Positions 19,001 through 27,155 are shown, counted from the first letter of the stretch. The stretch is 64,000 bases of DNA from a bacterium (GCA_021788365.1 JAJYKS010000003.1:6283-70282), one strand, 5' to 3'. Numbers and translations are program-made. Notes: generated by a model from the sequence alone, not told the origin.

Positions 19001-19365
19001 CTCTGAAAGGGCTTTTGCCAGGAGCGCTTTCGCGTACTTCTCTGGCTGGCTACTATCTGAGACATCGTGATCCCGACTGGATGCGCCCCGTTTTGTGGGA
19101 GCAAGCTTACGAGAGGGGGCAGATGCGACCAGAAACGTTTGAAAAGAGGATGCGTGATTATAAGGGGGAGATGTATTTTGGCGCGGGAGTTGCTGGTACT
19201 GGATTCCGGTGGGGATATGTTCCGATTTTGACGCCCTTTACTTTGGCAAGGGGCTGGTTTGTTGACAAATTACACCTGGATGTAGACGACTTCTGGTGGA
19301 TTACCAGGAAGGCAAACAAGGATTTTTGGGAAGAATTTAAAAAAGTAATGAATATTAAAGTTTAA
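16021..19365 (+). CDS. Very large (1114 aa) hypothetical soluble protein, divergent from the T4SS-like cluster
   Basis: A long uninterrupted ORF with no TM segment, P-loop or other recognised motif. Confidence 0.55.
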   Translation: MAIQEKLGEGFEAAQHSGFGEAGADGVVKEALKQIKRDKGPSKLSPDQTRTLLLLDILRTLSADKGLTGIKSTLDRLETQFSVAAMASFGQKDIDVIAEQLERQGKKFQADVGGPDKDLLKDVGLLVRSSRWADASALVRRAIVDANTRREIDSTQNTRLVQSVDDFDSANLGRMRSRIVGLEMEQVARKVPGTGEIANEMERAARLEVGVARRYVEILRGTPQQDDIDPSLKIDTAVIAEADINSFVNDLHSRSPKIAMADERRLRHFKQEVTSNWSDLNTGIDLDEWSRGSDSVHQDRQRYIREASAVANHVLFLKARGEVILSTNEEEYLRAVQKATSAVKRSWVEEAVHEGEAATPTDELTPDEVRELKKQASNIGLLAEMGSGQGFADWAKRQRTRNPRGSWNLDTESSEGGFSFQEKIMELRDAGMLEIEDGQIVWLKGPDEFFGVMSELARDVSAIVPEVNQIPFSRSPKAMLYQALMESAAHPGSRGDLAWAKDAVFRLYTMGYVKEALWKKGGDVESFAGAALALLGQGEDDTVYSSLFRFHETVRERGSTGEIGDEIIKIDLRDMLDFSERYSRVRDGKRSWLNAISAGELNSGVHDATSKPQRMEFFYDYMKWVLDRQLDMGEIDANTHTKRIAAIGTSAHDRKHENIFDVYGQYYTNLVKVMQSIQLRYGEVAVNQVISGGGFEFCNPPGGEAPYKYHKNTVWKFCARYVPNNKFAEFLDAYDGGVDMAMVSSIAYARKETVPHFCLESSEPGANPGADKYFFETEANLSNRAKWAKQWVNFWKPAMFDSDAHRDGKYRDTDEIRMIEETQEIAERQLNSWSAADLGFIDHVDYTKLSEASGYDFEQIFQRKNITDPKEKFKYVIKNYGYKYFEWNGFRSKRVGDFYTKYLPKNYAGVYGAAIKLSMNATNDESAFEASQNIDAFSGSEKFMEDIDVVMEKMNKRTWLGIRKPKTKGGKGWLNVDQKGEKAKIDLEGDFELSLKGLLPGALSRTSLAGYYLRHRDPDWMRPVLWEQAYERGQMRPETFEKRMRDYKGEMYFGAGVAGTGFRWGYVPILTPFTLARGWFVDKLHLDVDDFWWITRKANKDFWEEFKKVMNIKV

Positions 19366-20912
19366 GTTTCTTCTTTTTTGATTTGGTTTTGGGCGGTGTT
19401 TTGCTGTGTTTTTGAGAGGTTTCCACCCAATAGCTTTGCTTGGTACTCCATGAGGTGTCGTTGACGGCCCTCTTCTCTGGCGGTGTTGATCCAGCTTGTC
19501 GGGTACTTCATTGCTAATCCATATCCACCGAGAGTGTTGCCGAATGCCTCGGCGGTGTATGGAGACTCCTTTACCTGTAGCCAATCTTGCGCCATCTTGA
19601 CCGCGGCTGGAGTCATCAAAAAGATAAAGAAACCAATGAGCGTCAGAACGTCGGAGTTGTAGAGGTTGGCGTCGGTTAACGTGAATGGCGGTAACCAGAT
19701 TTTATCGCGGTTTTGATAGAGTGCGGCCGATTGGTTAACCCCAAAGGGGTTTGCGTCGCGGGGATCGAGTGAGCCTAGGATTGTTTTGTCGGTGGGGTTG
19801 CCTACGAGGATGGCGCTAAAAATAAACATGGCGGCTGCAACCGGGAAGGGAATGAGGTAGCTGGCGGTTGTCTTTAGCCAAGTACTAAACGATTTGCTAC
19901 CAGGCATGGCGTTCATGAGTAGTTGGAGCGGGGCTGTTATGGTCTGTACGATGAGCATAACGTACGCTTTTACCAGTGCAAACATGAGCTTTAGCATGGC
20001 TATGGCGAAGGCGATCGCGACTATAAGATAACCTATCCCAAAGATACTGACAAACCCAACTACCGAGCCAGCAGCCCCTAGCACACCGGTGCCAAGTCCT
20101 GATAAAACGGCCCTGATAGAGGCGGCAACCGCTGAGATAATACTATTTCTTCCTGCAAAGATTACCGACCAAGCGGAATAGGACATAAAGCGGGTAATGA
20201 GCTTGGTGGGGTCGGAAATGATGCCCGCAGCCGCGACGAGGTACACCAGGAAATAGATAAGAAAATACATGAGGTCGATCATAAAGCCGACGATGGCGTA
20301 GCTAAAGGTGATGAGGATGAGGGTGATCAGAAGATTGGGGAGGGCGCTTTGAATGGTGACGATCGTTTGACCGCTAATCTTTGTTCGCAGCATGATCATA
20401 ATGCCGACAACCACAAACATGATGATATATAGAGAGTAGGCAACGTCACGAAATACTTTCCAGAATGGTAAGAATGGGGACATGGCCGTGTACCCCGTAC
20501 CTTGGGCGAACGCGTGCTGCACGGGGGAAAGGCCGGTGTTGCCTAGTAGGTCGGCGATGTATTCCTTGCTCGAGGGCATCATGGGGTCTGAATAGAGATA
20601 GGCGACAAAATTCCCGCTCTGAGGGACTAGGCCGGTAAGAACCTGATTGCCGCAGCCGTCTTGTAGTCCCACCACTTGTGTTGTAAGCGAAGCAATAATT
20701 GTCCCGGTGAGTCCTGGCCGCGTGGGATCGGATGGGTATGGTGTACTACACTTTGTTGAGGATGATGGCCTTCCCAGCATGTAGGGAACGAGACTGATGG
20801 ATTGCGAATTGAGACTATCTAGCTCGCTTGCCGCGTGAACCGGCTGAGCGACGAAAAATGTTGAAAAGAGTGCTACAAATAGTGGCAGGCAAAAATAAGC
20901 CAAGCGCTTCAT
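19362..20912 (-). CDS. VirB6/TrbL-like polytopic membrane protein with a signal peptide
   Basis: The likely start is MKRLAYFCLPLFVALFSTFFVAQPVHA (signal peptide; the ORF-track TTG start at 20963 is less likely). About 6-7 TM helices with long hydrophobic stretches (YLVYLVAAAGII..., IGYLIVAIAFAIAML). A TGcTAGAAT box lies 7 nt upstream of the ATG. Confidence 0.5.
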   Translation of the reverse strand: MKRLAYFCLPLFVALFSTFFVAQPVHAASELDSLNSQSISLVPYMLGRPSSSTKCSTPYPSDPTRPGLTGTIIASLTTQVVGLQDGCGNQVLTGLVPQSGNFVAYLYSDPMMPSSKEYIADLLGNTGLSPVQHAFAQGTGYTAMSPFLPFWKVFRDVAYSLYIIMFVVVGIMIMLRTKISGQTIVTIQSALPNLLITLILITFSYAIVGFMIDLMYFLIYFLVYLVAAAGIISDPTKLITRFMSYSAWSVIFAGRNSIISAVAASIRAVLSGLGTGVLGAAGSVVGFVSIFGIGYLIVAIAFAIAMLKLMFALVKAYVMLIVQTITAPLQLLMNAMPGSKSFSTWLKTTASYLIPFPVAAAMFIFSAILVGNPTDKTILGSLDPRDANPFGVNQSAALYQNRDKIWLPPFTLTDANLYNSDVLTLIGFFIFLMTPAAVKMAQDWLQVKESPYTAEAFGNTLGGYGLAMKYPTSWINTAREEGRQRHLMEYQAKLLGGNLSKTQQNTAQNQIKKEET

Positions 20913-20932
20913 ATAGTGAATTCTAGCACACC

Positions 20933-21475
20933 CTACGGGTGGAGTCCCAGCTTTTGTACCCAAGCGGAAGTGGTTGTTTGGATATAGGGGATGTCGCTAT
21001 ATATGAACGTGAGCTTGGTGGGGTCGATCCCAGCGTTTTTCATGAGCGTTAACCCCTCGCTGTAGCCATCTTTGAAAGCGCTGACGTTGGGATTTGTAAA
21101 TGGGGAACTGTCGGGGTTGGCGTAGGATAAGCCGTAGATCTCAAAATATACGGTGCTGCCCCCGCTTGTATCGGTGCTAAAAATGTCGATATCTACTTCT
21201 ATATTCGCCGACGTTTTATAGGCGCCAAGATGGATGGGGAGTTTGTCGCTTATCGTCGAAACGTAATCACCTCCTGACGTAGGTGAAGTGGGAAACGAGC
21301 TAGGCGAAACTGTACGCATGCTTGACGTTGTAGACCCGCCCGTATTAGAGGAGCTTGGAGACTTTGGTGAAAAAAATAAAATAAGTACAAAGATACCTAG
21401 CGTGGCACCTATAGCAATCCGGACATATTTATTTTTGAGTAGCTCTTGATACACAATCTTTACTTCGGTATTCAT
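20933..21475 (-). CDS. Single-pass membrane protein with a Ser/Thr-rich extracellular region
   Basis: 180 aa with the TM helix IAIGATLGIFVLILFF followed by an S/T-rich linker. Its start overlaps the stop of the upstream gene (coupled). Confidence 0.45.
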   Translation of the reverse strand: MNTEVKIVYQELLKNKYVRIAIGATLGIFVLILFFSPKSPSSSNTGGSTTSSMRTVSPSSFPTSPTSGGDYVSTISDKLPIHLGAYKTSANIEVDIDIFSTDTSGGSTVYFEIYGLSYANPDSSPFTNPNVSAFKDGYSEGLTLMKNAGIDPTKLTFIYSDIPYIQTTTSAWVQKLGLHP

Positions 21476-21478
21476 AGC

Positions 21479-24286
21479 TTAGAATCCTGGTAGCTTAATA
21501 ATGCTGCCTGCCACTATTCGTAGTAGTACTCCCGCAAAAATAAGGAAGAGAAGACCCGTAACCGCGGCGGTGAAAAGCTCACGACCCTTCTTTATCTTTT
21601 CCTGATCTCCACCCGCAGTCATAATCTGTACTGTGCCCACGAACATGACAATTAAGGCAATCGCGCCCGCAATGCCACCCGCAAAGGTGAGGAGCACTGT
21701 TGTGAGACTACTCCCTATAGGGATGCATCCAAGTGCGGTGTCAATTGCATTCTCGCCACAGCGACCGTGAGGGTTGATGGTCCCCCTTGGTGAAAGTGTG
21801 GGTGTCGGTGCGGCTGACGCGGCTGCGCTCGCGTTTTGACTGGTTGCGAGATTGTAAACGGCGAGTGCGACGGCAAAGGCACCGGGACGATCATTCCCGT
21901 AGGGGGTCGGCTGGCCGGCCGTGAGATCACCATGATAAAGCAAATACATGTCTGTGTGACGAGCGTCTAGCATGTTGGTGGCGTAGGGGTCGTCGTCGCC
22001 AATAAACTGTCGCGGACAGCCACTGAAGGGTATGGGGAAGGGGTATCCCAGCTGGCAGTTGCTGTTCCCCCCACCGTTGAAGTCTGAGATATCGCCAATA
22101 AGTTCTTGGGTGTTGCTATGCGGATGATTCAGGAGTGTTTTCCCTGCGTTTATGGCAGATGTTTCTAATCCGCCATCTCGACTTGCGGCCCCACCATTTT
22201 GTACAGAAACGGTAGTGGGATCCCCGCCGTCGGTGAATGCGGAGCTTCCCTCTTCGAAGTGGATGCCGGCGATTACTTCGCAAGGGATACCCGTTGCTTG
22301 TTCTGCGGCAGCGTACGCTGACTCGAGTTTGGGATTTAGCTTGCCGTCAACAAACATGGCGGAATTTTTGACGACGTTTGTAGCCTCTAGAAGCGGTGCT
22401 TGCCAGGAAGAATCTTTAATAAGCGCTGCAAATTTGGTTCCGTCACAAAGTCCTGCGGTAGTTGTCGCCTGCTGACACCCTATACGCGTACCAAGCGCGT
22501 AAGCCTCTATTGAGGTTGAGAGCGGGGCGGAGTAGTCAGGATCGCTACAGGTAAATAAGCCCACCGCCCGCTGGGAGTTGGCTATGCTCATAGGCTTCCC
22601 GGCATAGGGAAAAACTCCCTGGTCGTTTACCGTATTAGACATGTTGCTGTTGTGCTCTGCTGCTTGTGTGAGGGTCGGCTCTGTGTCGCGGGTGTTATAG
22701 ACCATTTGTTGGAGGTCGGCTAAACTCTGACCCATCAAGTCAGGAATACTAAGATAGTGGAACGTTACCATGTCTACCATGTCGGTGGGGCGGGGATAGA
22801 TGGCGTTTAGGAAGTCCTGGATTATGTTGGATGTTGTGTACGCTCCACCGCTTTCTTTGGTCACATCGGCTGGTTGTATTTTATAACAGTCACTATCCAT
22901 AGAATCTTGATAGTCATAAATAAATCCTAGTTTGTTGAGCGTAAGTGGATTGTAGTTGTCCGCAACATAATGAAACGTTACGGGCTTGGTCGCGTCTCCA
23001 CATTTTACGACGTTGTCGTGGAGTTCGACGTCTAATTTCGCGGTGATTTTTGATGGTATGCCGGCAGGTAGTGTGCTTAAGAAGTATCTTGCGAGCGGGT
23101 TTTTAACAACAATGTCTTGAAAGATCTTCATTGCTTGGTCGAGTGGAAATGTAGTAAAGAGGTCATCCATGGCGGCAGCCCATGCCTGGTGAACCGTGGG
23201 GTCTGTATAGAGCGCTTTTGACTTTGCAAAATAGGGGAATGGACACTTTAATCCTGGGCAGCACCAAGCCCATAGACAAACTGATTTGCGCGTGTATCCA
23301 CGCTCGTTTGATGGGGGATACATGGGTGCTTGGGATAGGTCGACTGCCCAAGTGGCTGTAGGGTTTTCGTAGTAGGTGTTACAAAGGTCTTTTTCCGCCG
23401 CGGATGTGTCGATATTTTCACCCCCGAGGGTTGTTAGAAATTGCTCGTGGGCGTAGGTAATCCCATATGCGTCGCCACCGACGTTGCCCGGTAGTTCGCG
23501 AGCTATTTCGATCAAGGTCTTGCCATTTGGAGTCTGGAAATTCCAATTCACCCAGCCTAGGGGCCACTCCCCCGTGCCGGCGAGTGTGTCCTTTGTAAAC
23601 GCAGCCTGCTTTACCACAATGGCCTGCCGAACGAGGCGGTCACACATTGTCAGGGATAGGTCCAACATGCCGTTTGTGATTACATTGTCAGAACTTGAGT
23701 TGTAATCGTAGCGATATGCCTCGTTTTGTAGTTTGGGGTAGACGAGTACATTTCCCAATGAATCGGTAGGCGTTGTCGACGATGTGGACGATGAGTCGGG
23801 GCCAGTAGGGTTTGAGAAGTCGGTGCTTTGGACGGCGTCGCTACTCGTGGGTATACCTGTGTATTTACATTTTCCTTCGATGCTTGCAGGATCGACAGGG
23901 ATAAGCTTTCCATTGGCGTCGTACTCCTTGGGGATAACTTTTACACATTGCCCATGACGCCCGCCCATGACGTCTGATCTGGCCGTGTTATCGGTATTGT
24001 TGGTACAAAGATCTACCGGTCCGGTACAGTCTGTCTCGCTCTGGCATGTTTTGGCGCGCTGATCGTGGCATATGTGGAGCGGGGGATAGCGTCGATTGCG
24101 ATCCTGATTTTCGAAGACGATGAGGTTTGTTGGTTTAATAAAACGGTAGAGGGGAAAGAAGCTTTTGTAGAACTCATCGGTTGTCGGTTCTGCCGGATCG
24201 ATTGCAAATATCTTGGTGGCGTGGAGAAGGGACACAATGAGAAGGAGTAGTGTTGTAGCTAGGATGCGAAACCGTATCGAGCGCAT
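21479..24286 (-). CDS. Large secreted Cys-rich protein with a C-terminal VirB2-like pilin domain (candidate pilus tip / adhesin subunit)
   Basis: The likely start is the signal peptide MRSIRFRILATTLLLLIVSLLHA. The C-terminal ~75 aa (GIAGAIALIVMFVGTVQIMTAGGDQEKIKKGRELFTAAVTGLLFLIFAGVLLRIVAG) is paralogous to the small pilins and to the C-terminus of the 33339-33941 protein. The start is coupled to the upstream pilin gene through a TGAtATG junction. Confidence 0.55.
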   Translation of the reverse strand: MRSIRFRILATTLLLLIVSLLHATKIFAIDPAEPTTDEFYKSFFPLYRFIKPTNLIVFENQDRNRRYPPLHICHDQRAKTCQSETDCTGPVDLCTNNTDNTARSDVMGGRHGQCVKVIPKEYDANGKLIPVDPASIEGKCKYTGIPTSSDAVQSTDFSNPTGPDSSSTSSTTPTDSLGNVLVYPKLQNEAYRYDYNSSSDNVITNGMLDLSLTMCDRLVRQAIVVKQAAFTKDTLAGTGEWPLGWVNWNFQTPNGKTLIEIARELPGNVGGDAYGITYAHEQFLTTLGGENIDTSAAEKDLCNTYYENPTATWAVDLSQAPMYPPSNERGYTRKSVCLWAWCCPGLKCPFPYFAKSKALYTDPTVHQAWAAAMDDLFTTFPLDQAMKIFQDIVVKNPLARYFLSTLPAGIPSKITAKLDVELHDNVVKCGDATKPVTFHYVADNYNPLTLNKLGFIYDYQDSMDSDCYKIQPADVTKESGGAYTTSNIIQDFLNAIYPRPTDMVDMVTFHYLSIPDLMGQSLADLQQMVYNTRDTEPTLTQAAEHNSNMSNTVNDQGVFPYAGKPMSIANSQRAVGLFTCSDPDYSAPLSTSIEAYALGTRIGCQQATTTAGLCDGTKFAALIKDSSWQAPLLEATNVVKNSAMFVDGKLNPKLESAYAAAEQATGIPCEVIAGIHFEEGSSAFTDGGDPTTVSVQNGGAASRDGGLETSAINAGKTLLNHPHSNTQELIGDISDFNGGGNSNCQLGYPFPIPFSGCPRQFIGDDDPYATNMLDARHTDMYLLYHGDLTAGQPTPYGNDRPGAFAVALAVYNLATSQNASAAASAAPTPTLSPRGTINPHGRCGENAIDTALGCIPIGSSLTTVLLTFAGGIAGAIALIVMFVGTVQIMTAGGDQEKIKKGRELFTAAVTGLLFLIFAGVLLRIVAGSIIKLPGF

Positions 24287-24287
24287 A

Positions 24288-24572
24288 TCAAAAACCAAAC
24301 TTAAACTGGGTAACCTGTACGCCGGTAATTGTTTGAATGGCGAGTAACACCAGCCATGAAATAATGGCAAGCGCAATCCCAACGACAGCGAGCGTGATAA
24401 TCTGTTTTCCCGCTTCGAGATTTTTTGTATCACTGCCGGCAGTTAGGATTTTAAATCCCCCCGAAAGAATCATTAGAAACGCGATGACTCCGATTAGGGG
24501 AATCGCTGCGGACAAGATGTTGCCAAAGTACGTGGGAAGGTCTGATAGTTGTGCTGCATCACCGACTGCCAT
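24288..24572 (-). CDS. VirB2/TrbC-like T4SS pilin paralogue 1
   Basis: 94 aa with two TM helices flanking the TAGSDTKNLEAGKQIITLAVVGIALAI motif. A TGCTATAAT box lies 6 nt before the ATG (leaderless). Confidence 0.65.
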   Translation of the reverse strand: MAVGDAAQLSDLPTYFGNILSAAIPLIGVIAFLMILSGGFKILTAGSDTKNLEAGKQIITLAVVGIALAIISWLVLLAIQTITGVQVTQFKFGF

Positions 24573-24754
24573 ATGGAGAGATTATAGCAGGAAGAAGTGG
24601 TCAATGATGTTTTGTCTCGCCGTGTTCTCAAATGAAAGACCGACCCACCTGGTCGCGTGCGCCACAATTTTGCAGTGCTCACAGCTTACTGGAACAACCA
24701 GTTCGACGCTCCGCGCTGAAAATTGCTCTGCACGCTCCCCTTTTGGCGAGTTAC

Positions 24755-25105
24755 TTAGTAAGCTTTCGGGGGGTTGATGTTGCCATTCAATACTGAAATC
24801 CCGAAGAAGTATTGAATGATAAGCATTACAGCCCATGCGGAGGCAACGACGGCAAGACCAACCAAGGCGGCCGTTATGCGATCGCGTGCTTCTTGTGTCT
24901 TCCCCTTGTCACCACCAGAGGTGATCCACTGAATGCCACCCCAAATAAGGTAGGCAAAAACGAGCAGGGCGGCTATCAAGAGTGCGCCTTGGACGGCACC
25001 CTGAATGAGCGTGCCGATGTTGGTAATCTGGACGTTGTCAGGCTTGTTGACGGATAGGTCGGGGGCTGCTGGTGCTTGAGCTAGAGCTACTGGGATAAGA
25101 TTCAT
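24755..25105 (-). CDS. VirB2/TrbC-like T4SS pilin paralogue 2
   Basis: 116 aa with the GGIQWITSGGDKGKTQEARDRITAALVGLAVVASAW motif. It has its own TTGACA-N17-TAAACT promoter and a canonical SD AAAGGAGG. Confidence 0.7.
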   Translation of the reverse strand: MNLIPVALAQAPAAPDLSVNKPDNVQITNIGTLIQGAVQGALLIAALLVFAYLIWGGIQWITSGGDKGKTQEARDRITAALVGLAVVASAWAVMLIIQYFFGISVLNGNINPPKAY

Positions 25106-25162
25106 ATATTTCCTCCTTTATGTGTGTAGTTTATTTTTTTATACGCCTGTTGTCAATTTATT

Positions 25163-25468
25163 TTATTTTGTGATTCCGATGCCGAAGAAATAGTCGATGA
25201 GACGGAAGATGGCCCAGGATGCCGCTACGATGGCTAGACCCAAGATGGCGTTGGTAATGCGATTTCTTGCCTCTTCTAGCTTTCCCTTTTCGCCGCCCGA
25301 GGTTACCCATTGAACACCGCCGTAGATCATATAGATAAAGGTGGCGAGTCCTGCAACCATGATGACGGCGGAGATGGATTTTGAGACAAATGTGCCGAGC
25401 GAACTGTTAACGGCGACGCGAGACTGGACTTCACTGCCAATGTTTATGTCAAAGCTGCTTGCTGCCAT
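25163..25468 (-). CDS. VirB2/TrbC-like T4SS pilin paralogue 3
   Basis: 101 aa with GGVQWVTSGGEKGKLEEARNRITNAILGLAIVAASW. An SD AAGGA lies 8 nt upstream. Confidence 0.7.
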   Translation of the reverse strand: MAASSFDINIGSEVQSRVAVNSSLGTFVSKSISAVIMVAGLATFIYMIYGGVQWVTSGGEKGKLEEARNRITNAILGLAIVAASWAIFRLIDYFFGIGITK

Positions 25469-25535
25469 ATATTATTCCTTCATTCCCTCGACTGTCGCTC
25501 GGGATTTCGGGCTATTTTTATATTTATTAATGTCC

Positions 25536-25913
25536 TCAACCCGCTGTTGGCCACTTAACGTTTAATAGGTCGATCCCGAGTGCTGCTTGGAGGAATTTGA
25601 TAATGACATATGAGGCAACGAGAATGGCGAGACCAATCAGGCCCTGTGTGATGTGGTTCTTTGCGTCTTCTAATTTACTCTTTTCGCCGCCAGAGAGGAT
25701 CCAGTTTACCGCCCCCCAGAGGAAGTACATCATGAATGCGAGACCACCGACAATAATGATTGTTTGCCATAGGGTACCAACGGTTACGGCAAATTGTTTC
25801 CCCTGATCTCCGCCACCCCCACCCGGAACGGCGACGTTGGTTATTGTGGCATGAGCGACTGTAGGAGATAGGAGGTAGGAGATGGGAGATAGGAAGGCAA
25901 TGAGTTTTTTCAT
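25536..25913 (-). CDS. VirB2/TrbC-like T4SS pilin paralogue 4
   Basis: 125 aa with a signal peptide and GAVNWILSGGEKSKLEDAKNHITQGLIGLAILVASY. A TAAtATG junction couples it to the upstream gene. Confidence 0.7.
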   Translation of the reverse strand: MKKLIAFLSPISYLLSPTVAHATITNVAVPGGGGGDQGKQFAVTVGTLWQTIIIVGGLAFMMYFLWGAVNWILSGGEKSKLEDAKNHITQGLIGLAILVASYVIIKFLQAALGIDLLNVKWPTAG

Positions 25914-25914
25914 A

Positions 25915-26271
25915 TTATTTAAAGGTCATACTTTGGATAAGTGTGCCTGGATTCAGAATGTCGACACCTAGGGCTTTCCCAACGATCCATACAATGGAGT
26001 AAGAAACGGTAATGATGATCATTCCAATGGCGCCATTGGTCATCATGTTTTTGGCGTTTTCGATCTTATCTTTTTTGCCACCGGCTGTAATCCAGTTGAG
26101 TCCACCCATGAGAAACCAGAGAGTAAAGGCAAGCCCGCCTACGATGGTCAGGATGGCAAGAGAGTTGCTGATGATTTTTTCGAGTGGGTTAGTGTAGGCG
26201 GCGACACCAGAGCCACCACCGGGCTGGTATCCGCCGGGAGTTGTGATTTGGCTAAAGTTTATATTTGCCAT
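25915..26271 (-). CDS. VirB2/TrbC-like T4SS pilin paralogue 5
   Basis: 118 aa with GGLNWITAGGKKDKIENAKNMMTNGAIGMIIITVSY. Confidence 0.7.
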   Translation of the reverse strand: MANINFSQITTPGGYQPGGGSGVAAYTNPLEKIISNSLAILTIVGGLAFTLWFLMGGLNWITAGGKKDKIENAKNMMTNGAIGMIIITVSYSIVWIVGKALGVDILNPGTLIQSMTFK

Positions 26272-26272
26272 G

Positions 26273-26614
26273 TTAGTAGCTCCCCGGACCCGTGATACTG
26301 GGCTGCAGAATGGCGGTTGCGGAACCGAAAAGTAGGAAGCTGACGACGCCGGTTATGGCGGCTGCAGCGACCATGACTATGAGGCCAATCAGCGACATAT
26401 TGATGGATGAAATGGCTTGTTCTATCTTCTTTTGGTCGCCATTGCTGGTTATGTAGGTGAAACCGGCGTACATGAGATTGAAAAAGGCAAAAAGGCCAGC
26501 AGCGGCGAAGATAACCTTAACTACGTTGGAGATGAAAAGGGGAAGGCCAGTGTTGACCGAGCCATAACTCGTGGACGGTAAAGGGTTGTTGATGCCACCA
26601 AATACACTTGCCAT
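26273..26614 (-). CDS. VirB2/TrbC-like T4SS pilin paralogue 6
   Basis: 113 aa with AGFTYITSNGDQKKIEQAISSINMSLIGLIVMVAAA. Confidence 0.65.
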   Translation of the reverse strand: MASVFGGINNPLPSTSYGSVNTGLPLFISNVVKVIFAAAGLFAFFNLMYAGFTYITSNGDQKKIEQAISSINMSLIGLIVMVAAAAITGVVSFLLFGSATAILQPSITGPGSY

Positions 26615-26622
26615 AGGCGCTA

Positions 26623-26979
26623 TTATAAACCACTGTTGAGGATCTGCACTCCTGTAACAACTTGAATAATCTGGATGATCCAGTATGATCCGAAAAGTAC
26701 CAATAAACCAACTAACGCAGATGTGATGATTTTACTTCCTTCTTTGGTTTTTTCTGAGTTCCCAGCGTTTGCGACAATGGTAAAGCCGCCGAACACGATC
26801 ATAAAAAAGATAACAAGGCCAGCAGCAACGTAGACGTTGGGGAGGATGGCGTTTATCAGCTTGCTTGCATTGGGGTAGGTAGAGGTGGCAGTGGAATTGC
26901 CCTGGAACAGAAGCTTGTCGCCGAGATTGAAACCAGTAGCGGCCATAGTGAGGAAATTATAGCAGGTTGAGCTGGCCAA
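26623..26979 (-). CDS. VirB2/TrbC-like T4SS pilin paralogue 7 (first gene of the operon)
   Basis: 118 aa with GGFTIVANAGNSEKTKEGSKIITSALVGLLVLFGSY. A TGCTATAAT box lies 9 nt before the ATG. Confidence 0.65.
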   Translation of the reverse strand: MASSTCYNFLTMAATGFNLGDKLLFQGNSTATSTYPNASKLINAILPNVYVAAGLVIFFMIVFGGFTIVANAGNSEKTKEGSKIITSALVGLLVLFGSYWIIQIIQVVTGVQILNSGL

Positions 26980-27028
26980 TCACGATTTTATTGTTGCTCC
27001 TAAAACTTTTCGCTCAATTTATTGCTCG

Positions 27029-27057
27029 CGGAGATCTGGGCAGCGACGCTCGCCCAG
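27029..27057. promoter_or_regulatory. Near-perfect 28-29 bp palindrome in the divergent promoter region between the pilin array and the ECF sigma gene (candidate operator)
   Basis: gatctgggcagcg a cgctcgcccagatc forms 13 bp arms with a single bulged C, centred between the divergent starts. Confidence 0.45.
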
Positions 27058-27155
27058 ATCCATGTTCGCATTTAGAGTAGAATTCGCTCAAAGTTTCTTA
27101 ACGTATGCACAAAAATCGTTCTCGGCCAGTTTATGGGGGGGGTAGAATAGCGGGT

